A DNA stretch of 64,000 nucleotides from Candidatus Gastranaerophilales bacterium (GTDB taxonomy: Bacteria; Cyanobacteriota; Vampirovibrionia; Gastranaerophilales; Gastranaerophilaceae): positions 1,685-65,684 of the forward strand of contig CALVEU010000001.1 of assembly GCA_944326635.1 (NCBI GenBank). The letters are read 5' to 3'. The notes under the pieces are model-generated. The model was not told the origin of the DNA and ran no database searches. It saw only the letters and a program-made list of their open reading frames with translations. How positions within the stretch are numbered: the stretch's first letter is position 1; every line of letters starts with the position of its first letter. Shown here piece after piece: positions 43,681-51,972 of this stretch. The translations under genes and the position numbers were made by a program.

Positions 43681-43921
43681 TATCATTCTCAATTTGTTTT
43701 GGTATTTTGAATTTTAATAAATTCTTAAATAAATTCAGGGTAACAAAATATATTCCACTGTCATTCCGAACTTGTTTCGGAATCCTAATTTAAAATTAAA
43801 GCTACAGAACTAAATTCAGGGTTACATAGAATTATTAAGTCATTCTAAACTCTAACTTCTTTTGCCTGACTGTTCAGAATTTCAAAAAATCTTTAAACTG
43901 CTGAATTAATTTTTAGATGAC
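43681..43921 (+). repeat. Family-2 MITE-like repeat: three adjacent copies (64, 66 and 83 nt) in a convergent intergenic region
   Basis: Copies at 43681-43744, 43760-43825 and 43839-43921. Each starts (g/a)TCATTC... and ends ...ttcaggGT(A/T)AC or ...tagATGAC. The middle copy has the hairpin ATTCCGAActtgtTTCGGAAT. Confidence 0.8.
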
Positions 43922-43953
43922 AATTTTTGATGTAAATCAGTATTAAAGCATAT

Positions 43954-45435
43954 TTATTTTATTACTTCAATAGTGTCGTAATCTACAAGATATGGCATAT
44001 GTTCTTCTGTGATTAATTCACCAGGTAGTAAAACCGCAATTCCCGGAGGACATTCTGCTATTACCTCAGCTGCAATTCTGCCTACTGCGTGCTCTTTTGG
44101 AATAACTTCTTTGTGTGAATAGAATGCTTCACGAAGTGTCATTTTAATAATCGGAGTCAGCATAGGCATATGTTTTTTCTTTTCAAGATAGCATATATCT
44201 GTGTAATTTGTTTTATCAATTTGTTGTAAGCATTTTACAAGATATTGCATATCAGCTCTTGTATTACCGATGTTAGAAAGTATTAAAAGTCCTGCATCTG
44301 AAGCACTTTCAACTTCTATATTAAAATCAATTTCCAAAATAGATTCAAGACGTTTGCCTGATAATCTGTCATCTCTGATAAATACTTTTGTAATATCTGT
44401 TTTGTAACCAAAATCAGGTCTTAAGTGGTGAATATGTTCTAATTTATCAATTTCACGTCTTAAATATTTTGCGTTTTGTACTGCACGTTCAAGTTGTTTT
44501 CTTCCTCTAGGGCTGTCAAGATTTGCACGAGCTGCATCAAGACTTGCTAAAAGCATTAATGAAGGACTTGTTGTATGTAAAAGTTTTAGAGCTTTTTCTA
44601 CTGCATCGCAATCTAATTTTGAATTTTCTGCAATATGCAACATAGAACTTTGGCTCATACTTCCGCCTGTTTTGTGTAAAGAATGAACTACAGCATCTGC
44701 GCCAAGTTTCAAAGCAGTTGTTGGAAGATGATTGTTAAAATTCCAAAGGCAGGCATGAGCTTCATCAACAATTAAAGGTACATTGTATTTTTTGCACACT
44801 TCAGCAATTGATTTTACGTCAGATACAACCCCTTCATATGTTGGGTTTGTAATCCATACCATTCCTGCATCACTATTTTTTGATAGCATTTCTTCAACAC
44901 TTTCAGGAGTAACGTTACCCCAGATTCCCCATTCGTCGAACTTTTTAGGGATTAGCCATAATGGCTCTGCTCCTGAAATAATCATACCTGTTAAAATTGA
45001 TCTATGACAATTTCTGTTTGTAACAATTTTTTGACCTTTTTTAGTCAATCCCATTGCTAATGCTAAATTTCCTGCGGTTGAACCGTTTATTAAAAAGAAA
45101 GTCTTTTTAGCTCCAAAAGCTTTTGCAGCTAATTCTTGAGCTTCTTTAATAGGACCTGTTGCAGGGTGTAATGTGCCTAATCCGTCAAATTCATCTGTAG
45201 TGTCTATAGATAGAGCTTTTGCACCGATAAGTTTTTTAAATTCAGGCAACGAACCATTACCTTTTGTGTGACCAGGAATGTGAAATTGATATGTCGGATT
45301 TTCATAAGCATTCTTTAATGCTTCTACAATTGGGGCTTTTACTTTTACTTTTGAATTTTTTTCTTGTTGTTTTAGCATTTTTAGGGTTTCCAATTTTTTG
45401 CGTGGGTAATTTTTCTTTTTTGTTACATTTGTCAT
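43954..45435 (-). CDS. Orn/Lys/Arg decarboxylase family (fold-type I PLP; Bacillus SpeA-like arginine decarboxylase)
   Basis: FHIPGHTKG, VVHSLHKTGGSMSQSSMLH (PLP-lysine motif), and a C-terminal OKR_DC_1_C-like region. Confidence 0.85.
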   Translation of the reverse strand: MTNVTKKKNYPRKKLETLKMLKQQEKNSKVKVKAPIVEALKNAYENPTYQFHIPGHTKGNGSLPEFKKLIGAKALSIDTTDEFDGLGTLHPATGPIKEAQELAAKAFGAKKTFFLINGSTAGNLALAMGLTKKGQKIVTNRNCHRSILTGMIISGAEPLWLIPKKFDEWGIWGNVTPESVEEMLSKNSDAGMVWITNPTYEGVVSDVKSIAEVCKKYNVPLIVDEAHACLWNFNNHLPTTALKLGADAVVHSLHKTGGSMSQSSMLHIAENSKLDCDAVEKALKLLHTTSPSLMLLASLDAARANLDSPRGRKQLERAVQNAKYLRREIDKLEHIHHLRPDFGYKTDITKVFIRDDRLSGKRLESILEIDFNIEVESASDAGLLILSNIGNTRADMQYLVKCLQQIDKTNYTDICYLEKKKHMPMLTPIIKMTLREAFYSHKEVIPKEHAVGRIAAEVIAECPPGIAVLLPGELITEEHMPYLVDYDTIEVIK

Positions 45436-45496
45436 AATTATTAATATACACTAAAAAAATTTTTTTTTGCATATATTTTGTGTTACATTAATATTT

Positions 45497-46816
45497 GTGA
45501 ACTATTTTTTTAAAAGGATAGCTTTAATACTTGTTTTAATTATGCTTGCCCCACCTGTGTTTGCCTTCGGGAAGACAAAACACAAGGAAGTTAGTCCTGT
45601 GGAAAATCAAGAAGTAATTCATCTTGATGTTACGAAAAATGATAGTAATTTATCAGAAGAAAATCAAATTCCTGAAAATTCAAAACAAAAAAATGATGAC
45701 TGGGTGCAAAAAGATATAATTCGAGATAACGTAGATACAGAGTTCTCTATCTTTGATAACTTAATTGATACAGATAAAGATTCTGATCACCCTTTTAAAA
45801 TTGAAGAAGAATCTCTTTTGGGAAAAATTTATAAAAAGAAATTAGACAGAACTTCTATTCCTTCATTTTTATTAAAAGATGAACTAACTTTTAAATATAA
45901 AAAAGGTCCTATTGATAAAGTTCAGTTTTATGGTGCTTATCAAGGGAATATGGGATTTGATTTTTCAGGGGCTGATTATGATACTGATTACGGTTTTGGA
46001 TTTATGGAAGCCGGTGTTGTTGGTGATTTCAAAGATAAAAATACAGATTTTAAATTACAATTTAATTTTAAAAATGGCGAAAACAGAACATATTTGCAAG
46101 GTCTTGTGACAGATGCATATATTATGAATACAAGAATACCTCACCACAAAATTATCGTTGGTAATTCTCGAAATCAAGTAGGTTTTGAAGGTGGTATGGG
46201 ATCTTATGTGTTGCCTTTTGCTATGCGTTCACAGATTTCAAGAACTTTCGGTAATACAAGAGCTTTAGGCGTCAGGGTTGTAGGTGACTATGATTTAGTT
46301 GACTATAGTGTTGCGTTGAATAGTTCTGACAGATTTTTTAAAGAATTTTTCCCGGGAGCTGAATTTACAGGCTGGGTGAACTTAAAACCTTTGGGTAAGA
46401 CTGATGGAAAATACGGAACACTTGTATTAGGCGGAGGTCTTAATGCAGGGCATAACGATACTGATTATACAGTAGGCGGTGCTTATGCGAGTTATAGATA
46501 TAAAAAGTTTATGGCAAACTTTGAATATGCAATAGCAGACGGATACAACGGAACATACAGAAGTACCGATAAAGCCGAAGGTTTTTATACAACTATTGGG
46601 TATAGGATTACACAAAAATTGCATATCCTGGCTCGTTATGACCAATTTGATCCAAACCGAGATATTGCAAATAACAAAAGTCGAGAATATTCTGTTGGTT
46701 TGAATTATTTTATCAAAGGTCAGGCATTGCGTTTAATTTTGAATTATGTATTCTGTGATAATGAAAATACCGAAGACAGTCATAGAATTATCCTCGGTAC
46801 TCAAATTGTTTTATAA
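45497..46816 (+). CDS. Putative outer-membrane beta-barrel porin (Porin_O_P-like)
   Basis: A GTG at 45497 gives the signal peptide (M)NYFFKRIALILVLIMLAPPVFA|FG. The C-terminal two-thirds has alternating beta-strand patterning with aromatic girdle residues (YSVGLNYFI, LRLILNYVF). Confidence 0.5.
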   Translation: MNYFFKRIALILVLIMLAPPVFAFGKTKHKEVSPVENQEVIHLDVTKNDSNLSEENQIPENSKQKNDDWVQKDIIRDNVDTEFSIFDNLIDTDKDSDHPFKIEEESLLGKIYKKKLDRTSIPSFLLKDELTFKYKKGPIDKVQFYGAYQGNMGFDFSGADYDTDYGFGFMEAGVVGDFKDKNTDFKLQFNFKNGENRTYLQGLVTDAYIMNTRIPHHKIIVGNSRNQVGFEGGMGSYVLPFAMRSQISRTFGNTRALGVRVVGDYDLVDYSVALNSSDRFFKEFFPGAEFTGWVNLKPLGKTDGKYGTLVLGGGLNAGHNDTDYTVGGAYASYRYKKFMANFEYAIADGYNGTYRSTDKAEGFYTTIGYRITQKLHILARYDQFDPNRDIANNKSREYSVGLNYFIKGQALRLILNYVFCDNENTEDSHRIILGTQIVL

Positions 46817-46829
46817 GTATATAAATTTA

Positions 46830-47045
46830 TTAATCCAATTTAACTAAATCCTCTAATTTAAGGTTTAATCCTGAAAGTAAAGCTAAAATTGTAGGCAATG
46901 TAGGTGACAATTCAGCACGTTCAATTTTACCTATATGTGTTGGATTTAGGTTGATTTTTTCACCTAAACTTTCTAAAGAATAACCTTGTCTTATGCGTTC
47001 AGCTCGTAAATTTTTTCCAAATTCAATTGCTTTTTTATATTTCAT
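46830..47045 (-). CDS. XRE-family HTH regulator (71 aa)
   Basis: LRAERIRQGYSLESLGEKINLNPTHIGKIERAE. Confidence 0.85.
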   Translation of the reverse strand: MKYKKAIEFGKNLRAERIRQGYSLESLGEKINLNPTHIGKIERAELSPTLPTILALLSGLNLKLEDLVKLD

Positions 47046-47062
47046 TTTTTCATCTTAGCATA

Positions 47063-47117
47063 TTGACATATTCTTGTTTAATCATTAATATGATTATTAT
47101 AATCATACTAATGATTA
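47063..47117 (+). promoter_or_regulatory. Consensus-like promoter overlapped by two tandem inverted-repeat operators
   Basis: TTGACA(47063-68)-17 nt-TAATAT(47086-91). IR1 is TAATCATtaatATGATTA (47079-96). IR2 is TAATCATactaATGATTA (47100-17). Confidence 0.65.
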
Positions 47118-47156
47118 AAAATGATATAAGTATGATAAAAATAAAAGGAGTTATTA

Positions 47157-47477
47157 ATGAATGAAATAACTGTAGAACAATTATATGATTTCATGAAAGA
47201 AAAATATAAAAATTTATTTGACGAAAACTATATCAAAGATAAACAGTTCAAAAGTATTCTCGATGAGATTTTTCAAGAAGCAATTTTGTCTTATGTGAGA
47301 GTTTTGGTGCTTTTTCAAATTACTGATGATGTGATTACAAATTTCAGAAGTAATACTAAAAATAGTGCAGAATTAAAACAAATTGATTTATTTCTGCACT
47401 ATTTTTCTAAAATTCTTGATAAACATAATCTTATAATCAAAGATTTACATAAAATGAATATGAAAATAAAATATTAA
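47157..47477 (+). CDS. Hypothetical helical protein (106 aa)
   Basis: SD AAAGGAG. No recognisable motif. Sits under the operator-bearing promoter. Confidence 0.55.
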   Translation: MNEITVEQLYDFMKEKYKNLFDENYIKDKQFKSILDEIFQEAILSYVRVLVLFQITDDVITNFRSNTKNSAELKQIDLFLHYFSKILDKHNLIIKDLHKMNMKIKY

Positions 47478-47671
47478 TCTTTTTTGTGTTTTACATCTTC
47501 TTTGATTACGATGAGGTTGTTTATAATTTTCATCGCGCAAGTTGGAAGTACAACGTCATTTAAGCCGTTTGCAATGCTGATAATTTTTCCTGCGCCCAAC
47601 ACTACTTCATCTCCTTTGTAGAAGAATTTGTAGTCATCTTGTCTGTCTGAACGAATTGTGATTTGATCCAT
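47474..47671 (-). CDS. Hypothetical small protein (65 aa)
   Basis: SD AAGAGG upstream of the ATG. Likely a beta-rich sequence. Downstream of the NTase-like gene on the same strand. Confidence 0.45.
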   Translation of the reverse strand: MDQITIRSDRQDDYKFFYKGDEVVLGAGKIISIANGLNDVVLPTCAMKIINNLIVIKEDVKHKKD

Positions 47672-47740
47672 TGTTTTTACCTCTTTTTTTACTATTTCTA
47701 TTAAATCCTTTTATATTCTTTAAGTTTCTCTAAAACCTGA

Positions 47741-48082
47741 TTAGTGGGTGTTTGCTACACGTTCCCCTTTGTTGTTATAAAAAATTCCTTCTTCCATAAC
47801 TTCTTCGTAAATTTCTTCATCTTTTTTGAAACTTTCTTCTGTATATGGATATAAGTCAATGCATACGTCTAATTCAGTTTCAATTTTTCCGATAATAGGC
47901 CAAATTTGTTCTCTTTTTGATTTATCTTCAATATCAAAAAGAGCTGCAAGTTCAATATCTTCGCCTTCATGCAATTCGCCGTCAGTGTGAATTCCGAATA
48001 AATACAAGCCTTTAAAATCTTTAAAGACACGATTGAAAGCAAATGCAATTTTTGAGATTACTTCATCAACAGATTTTGCCAT
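47741..48082 (-). CDS. Minimal nucleotidyltransferase-fold (MNT-like) protein with substituted catalytic residues
   Basis: LYLFGIHTDGELHEGEDIELAALFD aligns to the G-S...D-x-D pattern (LFGSxARGxxxxxSDIDL) but reads G-I and E-x-E. Followed by CIDLYPYTEESF. Confidence 0.5.
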   Translation of the reverse strand: MAKSVDEVISKIAFAFNRVFKDFKGLYLFGIHTDGELHEGEDIELAALFDIEDKSKREQIWPIIGKIETELDVCIDLYPYTEESFKKDEEIYEEVMEEGIFYNNKGERVANTH

Positions 48083-48122
48083 TTTTTTATCCTTTTAGAT
48101 TTTTATATAACGTCCTTTTTGT

Positions 48123-49364
48123 CTATTTCTTGATTTTTTCTGCAACATCATCTTTGCTAATTGTTATTTGTTCAGATGTTGCAAGATTTTTGACGGAAAC
48201 TTGGTTAGATTTAATTTCATCTTCACCTAAGATAAGTGCAAATCTTGCTACTTTAGAAGCTTTTTCAAGTTGTTTTGTGAATTTTTTATTAGCGAGATCA
48301 AATTCAACATTCAACCCTTTAGCTCTTAATTCTTGTGCAAATGCAAAAGCATCGGCAGAAGAATTTGATACGATGTACCCGTCAAGTTTTTCAGGTTCAA
48401 CTTCAGGTAATAAAGAATTTAATCTTTCCATTCCCATAGCCCAACCGACAGCAGGAGTATCTTCTCCGCCAAGATTTCTGACTAAACTGTCATATCTTCC
48501 ACCGCCGCAGACTGCGTTTTGTGAACCTAAGTTATTTGATTTTATTTCAAAAACTGTTCTGTTGTAGTAATCTAATCCTCTTACAAGGAGTTTGTTTTCG
48601 ACATATTTAATATTTAATTTATCTAAGTATGATTTTAATTCACTGTAATGTTGTGCACATTCTTCACAAATAAAATCAGATTGAATAACTTTTTGAATTT
48701 CAGGTTTTGCAAAAATTTCTTTGCAAGAGTCTACTTTGCAATCTAGAAGTCTTAGGGGATTTTTTTCATAGCGATTTTGGCAGTCTTCACAAAGATTGTC
48801 AAATTCAGGTTTTAAGACTTCTTTAATTTTATTTTTGTATTCTTCACGGCATTTAGGACAGCCCAAAGAATTTATTTCTACTTCTAAATCATTAAGACCT
48901 AATGAATTAAGATAATCGACAGCAAGCATAATTGCTTCAGCATCAGCTGTAGGTTCTTTAATTCCGAACATTTCCACACCGACTTGGTGGAATTGTCTTT
49001 GTCTTCCTGCTTGAGGACGTTCATATCTGAACATTGGACCTTTGTACCAAAGTTTTACAGGTGCTGAAAGTCTTGCCATTCCATTTTCTATGAATGAACG
49101 GACAACACCTGCTGTATTTTCAGGTCTTAATGTAATAGATCTGTCACTTTTTTCAAAAGTGTACATTTCTTTGTTCACAATATCTGTTGTATCACCAACT
49201 CCACGAGCAAAAAGTTCTGTTGCTTCAAAGATTGGTGTTCTGATTTCTTTATATCCGTAGCGGGTAAAAATTTCTAATGCATTTTTCTCAAGTTTATGCC
49301 ATTGACCAACTTCTTGAGGTAAAATGTCTTTTGTTCCTTTTTGTACTTTAATTATTTTAGCCAT
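48123..49364 (-). CDS. hisS: Histidine--tRNA ligase
   Basis: KGTKDILP, RYGYKEIRTPIFE, FRYERPQAGRQRQFHQ, GGGRYD. Confidence 0.96.
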   Translation of the reverse strand: MAKIIKVQKGTKDILPQEVGQWHKLEKNALEIFTRYGYKEIRTPIFEATELFARGVGDTTDIVNKEMYTFEKSDRSITLRPENTAGVVRSFIENGMARLSAPVKLWYKGPMFRYERPQAGRQRQFHQVGVEMFGIKEPTADAEAIMLAVDYLNSLGLNDLEVEINSLGCPKCREEYKNKIKEVLKPEFDNLCEDCQNRYEKNPLRLLDCKVDSCKEIFAKPEIQKVIQSDFICEECAQHYSELKSYLDKLNIKYVENKLLVRGLDYYNRTVFEIKSNNLGSQNAVCGGGRYDSLVRNLGGEDTPAVGWAMGMERLNSLLPEVEPEKLDGYIVSNSSADAFAFAQELRAKGLNVEFDLANKKFTKQLEKASKVARFALILGEDEIKSNQVSVKNLATSEQITISKDDVAEKIKK

Positions 49365-49463
49365 AAAATTATTATATAAATTTGAGTTGAAATTGTCAAA
49401 TAAAATTTAATGGATATAGGCTGATTTGCTTTGTAATTGTTAGCAATAAGAATAAATTTTCTT

Positions 49464-49529
49464 GTCATTCTGAACTTGTTTAAGAATCTCAATTTAATCA
49501 TTTAGATCCTGAACTAAATTCAGGATGAC
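49464..49529 (+). repeat. Family-2 MITE-like repeat, best-preserved copy (66 nt) with terminal inverted repeats
   Basis: GTCATTCTGAA...TTCAGGATGAC: the 11-nt termini are complementary at 10 of 11 positions. Internal hairpin ATCCTGAActaaaTTCAGGAT. Same length as the copy at 43760-43825. Confidence 0.8.
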
Positions 49530-49585
49530 TAAATTGTTTTAATATAACAAATATCAATAAAAGCGGTTTTATGCACAGTCGTAAG

Positions 49586-49612
49586 CTATGTAGGGTGAAG
49601 CGGCTACGCTTC
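49586..49612 (-). repeat. Family-1 repeat head fragment overlapping the 3' end of the DUF721 gene
   Basis: Minus strand reads GAAGCGTAGCCGCTTCACCCTACATAG. It encodes the last two codons (E, A) and the TAG stop of ORF 49604..49930. Confidence 0.75.
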
Positions 49613-49930
49613 CCATTTTTTTGGGTCAAAGCGTAAATCTTTTACATTCAGTTTTAGTGATTTCAAATATGGTTCAAATTTTACTAAAAGTTGAGTTTTT
49701 CTCAAGGTTAATTCTTGTGCTACAATTGCATTTTCGCAGGCTATTACCATAACACCGCCTCCCATCATTGAGTATGGTTTTGATTTGCTTGCGAATTTTG
49801 TACCTGCAACTTTATCCCAGAACTTGTATAAATTGTTTCTGGTGATAGCTTTTTTTACTTCTTTTTTGCCAAGTAATTCTTCAACGAGAGATTCGGTTGT
49901 TACAAAATCTGTATAGAGAACCTTTTTCAT
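49604..49930 (-). CDS. DUF721 (DciA-like) domain protein
   Basis: LYKFWDKVAG...SKPYSMMGGGVMVIACENAIVAQELTLRKTQLL resembles DUF721 proteins. Confidence 0.65.
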   Translation of the reverse strand: MKKVLYTDFVTTESLVEELLGKKEVKKAITRNNLYKFWDKVAGTKFASKSKPYSMMGGGVMVIACENAIVAQELTLRKTQLLVKFEPYLKSLKLNVKDLRFDPKKWEA

Positions 49931-49965
49931 TTTGAAACCAAACTTTTTTGTGCTAACATAATAAA

Positions 49966-50931
49966 ATGGATTATTCTAAATTAAATGATATCATAAAATC
50001 GTCCAAAAATATATTGATAATTTCACACGTTAACCCTGACGGAGATACATTAGGCTCTATGTGCGGTTTGTATTGTGCAATTCTTGAGAATTTCAAGAAA
50101 AAGTGCGATATGGTAGCTATCTCAAAAATTCCTGATGTGTATTCGTATTTGCCTCATTTATCAGATGTGAAAAATGTTGATGATTTAGACAAATCAAGAG
50201 AATATGATCTTGTAATTAATGTAGATGTCGCAGCTTTGGATAGAGCTTGTGATGCGAAAATTCTTTTTGAAAAAGCTAAATTTACCGTAAATATTGATCA
50301 TCACAAAACAAATAATGCGTATGGAAATTTGAATTTTATAAATCCTGATGCAAGTTCGACAGGTGAAGTTTTGTTTGGCTGTTTTGAAAATATGAATTGG
50401 AAAGTCAATTTAGACTGCGCAATTTGTCTTTATACAGCAATATTAACTGATACAGGCTCATTCAGGTTTGATAATACAAAACCTTCTACTTTTGAGGTTG
50501 CATCAAAGTTAGTTGAAATAGGTGTTCAGCCTTCTGATATTTATAAAAAAGTTTATGAGTCAGATTCAAAAACTCTTGTAATGTTTCAGGCACATTGTAT
50601 TAGCAAAGCAAAATTTTTAGAAGACGATAGGATAGCTTATACTCTTGTGTATAAAAAAGATATGGAAAAATTCTCTGCAGGTGATGACTGTATGGAGGGT
50701 TTGACAGAAAAACTAAGAGCTATTGTGACAACAAGGATTGCTTTTGTTGCAAAAGAAATGAAATCAGGCGGTACAAAGATTTCTATGCGCAGCAAATTTG
50801 CTGATGTTGCTGAAATTTGCAGTGTATTTGGTGGTGGTGGGCATAGACTTGCTGCAGGATGCACAATTAAAGCTCCTGTTGAAGATGCTGCCAAAAAAGT
50901 GTTGGAAGAAATCAAGAAAAGGGAAATTTAA
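49966..50931 (+). CDS. DHH-family phosphoesterase (NrnA-like oligoribonuclease/pAp phosphatase)
   Basis: HVNPDGDTLGS, IDHHKTN, and the DHHA1 motif GGGGH. Confidence 0.85.
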   Translation: MDYSKLNDIIKSSKNILIISHVNPDGDTLGSMCGLYCAILENFKKKCDMVAISKIPDVYSYLPHLSDVKNVDDLDKSREYDLVINVDVAALDRACDAKILFEKAKFTVNIDHHKTNNAYGNLNFINPDASSTGEVLFGCFENMNWKVNLDCAICLYTAILTDTGSFRFDNTKPSTFEVASKLVEIGVQPSDIYKKVYESDSKTLVMFQAHCISKAKFLEDDRIAYTLVYKKDMEKFSAGDDCMEGLTEKLRAIVTTRIAFVAKEMKSGGTKISMRSKFADVAEICSVFGGGGHRLAAGCTIKAPVEDAAKKVLEEIKKREI

Positions 50932-50945
50932 GACAAAATTGGGTA

Positions 50946-51914
50946 ATGCCATATAAAAAGAGGATTAGAGTGGATTTTAAAGCTTTTGTAAGAGGTGTAA
51001 AAAGATTAGTTATATCTGTTATAAAAAATGATTTCTATGGTATGGCCGCAGAAATGGGCTTTATGATGGTTATCGGGATTTTCCCTTTTATGCTTTTTTT
51101 AACAGCTGTTTTTGGCTGGATGGGCAACAAGGCTTTGATGACTCCTATTTTAAGATTTCTTGCAACGTTTATGCCTGAGCAGGCTATGGATTTGATTATG
51201 ACAGTGCTGTCAGAAGCTATGATTTTTTCTCATGGTCGTTTGATGGCTATTATAGGTTTTTGCGTAACTCTGTTTTTATCAACTAACGGTATTGCAGTTG
51301 TACTTAAAGGATTAAATAGAGCTTATAAAGTTACTGAAACTCGTAACCTGATTTATACAAGAGCATTGTCGTTGTTAATGGTATTTGTTGATACTATGGT
51401 AATGTTTTTGAGCATAAACTTAATTGTATTTGGTAAAGCAATTATTAATCTTATGGTAAGTCATTTCCATATGTCGAATGGAGTTGCGATTACTTTATTG
51501 ACTTTGCGTTGGCCTGTTGCATTTGCAGCTTTGTATTTGATGGCATTTTTGAGTTATTATATTCTGCCTGATTTAAAAGGTAATGAAAGATTCAAAAGAA
51601 AAAGTGCAATTCCTGGAACTTGGTTTTTTGTAACTTTCTGGTTAATAGGTTCTTGGGGATTTTCAATTTATGTTAATAACCTAAAAACTTACAATATGGT
51701 ATATGGAACTATCGGTGCATTTGCTGTTTTAATGGTTTGGTTGTATTACACATCTGTTTTAATTTTGATTGGGGGAGAGATAAATTCACAGGTATACAAC
51801 CAGCTTGAACGTAAGGCTCAAGAAATTCGAGATGATTTTGCAAGGCTGTCAGTAATTGAAAAGATTGTTCAAAAAGTTAAAAAAACTGATGAGAAAAAAG
51901 AGATTAGTGAATAA
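50946..51914 (+). CDS. YihY/BrkB-family membrane protein
   Basis: MAAEMGFMMVIGIFPFMLFL, YGTIGAFAVLMVWLYYTSVLILIGGEINS. Confidence 0.85.
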   Translation: MPYKKRIRVDFKAFVRGVKRLVISVIKNDFYGMAAEMGFMMVIGIFPFMLFLTAVFGWMGNKALMTPILRFLATFMPEQAMDLIMTVLSEAMIFSHGRLMAIIGFCVTLFLSTNGIAVVLKGLNRAYKVTETRNLIYTRALSLLMVFVDTMVMFLSINLIVFGKAIINLMVSHFHMSNGVAITLLTLRWPVAFAALYLMAFLSYYILPDLKGNERFKRKSAIPGTWFFVTFWLIGSWGFSIYVNNLKTYNMVYGTIGAFAVLMVWLYYTSVLILIGGEINSQVYNQLERKAQEIRDDFARLSVIEKIVQKVKKTDEKKEISE

Positions 51915-51917
51915 AAA

Positions 51918-51952
51918 AATAAGAGGTGAATTAATTTCTCCTCTTATTTTTT
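51918..51952 (+). terminator. Intrinsic terminator after the yihY-like gene
   Basis: AATAAGAGG, a 13-nt loop, CCTCTTATT, then TTTT. Confidence 0.65.
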
Positions 51953-51972
51953 GTGTGTAGTATAAATTATTT

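Noticed and set aside
45467-45496. TTG start at 45467 for the porin-like protein
   Set aside because: The first 10 residues (MHIFCVTLIF) precede a better signal-peptide n-region. The in-frame GTG at 45497 gives K/R-containing n-region, h-region, then AFA|FG. Neither start has a strong SD, so confidence is low.
48043-48567. 174-aa plus-strand ORF spanning the NTase-like gene start and the hisS 3' end
   Set aside because: It is antisense to two well-supported genes (all hisS class II motifs are present). It is Ser/Phe/Leu-rich shadow-frame sequence.
49365-49603. Possible T-box or other riboswitch leader upstream of hisS
   Set aside because: The spacer is explained by a family-2 MITE-like element and a family-1 fragment. 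I could not find a specifier loop with a T-box (AGGGTGGTACCGCG-like) sequence or a terminator/antiterminator pair.
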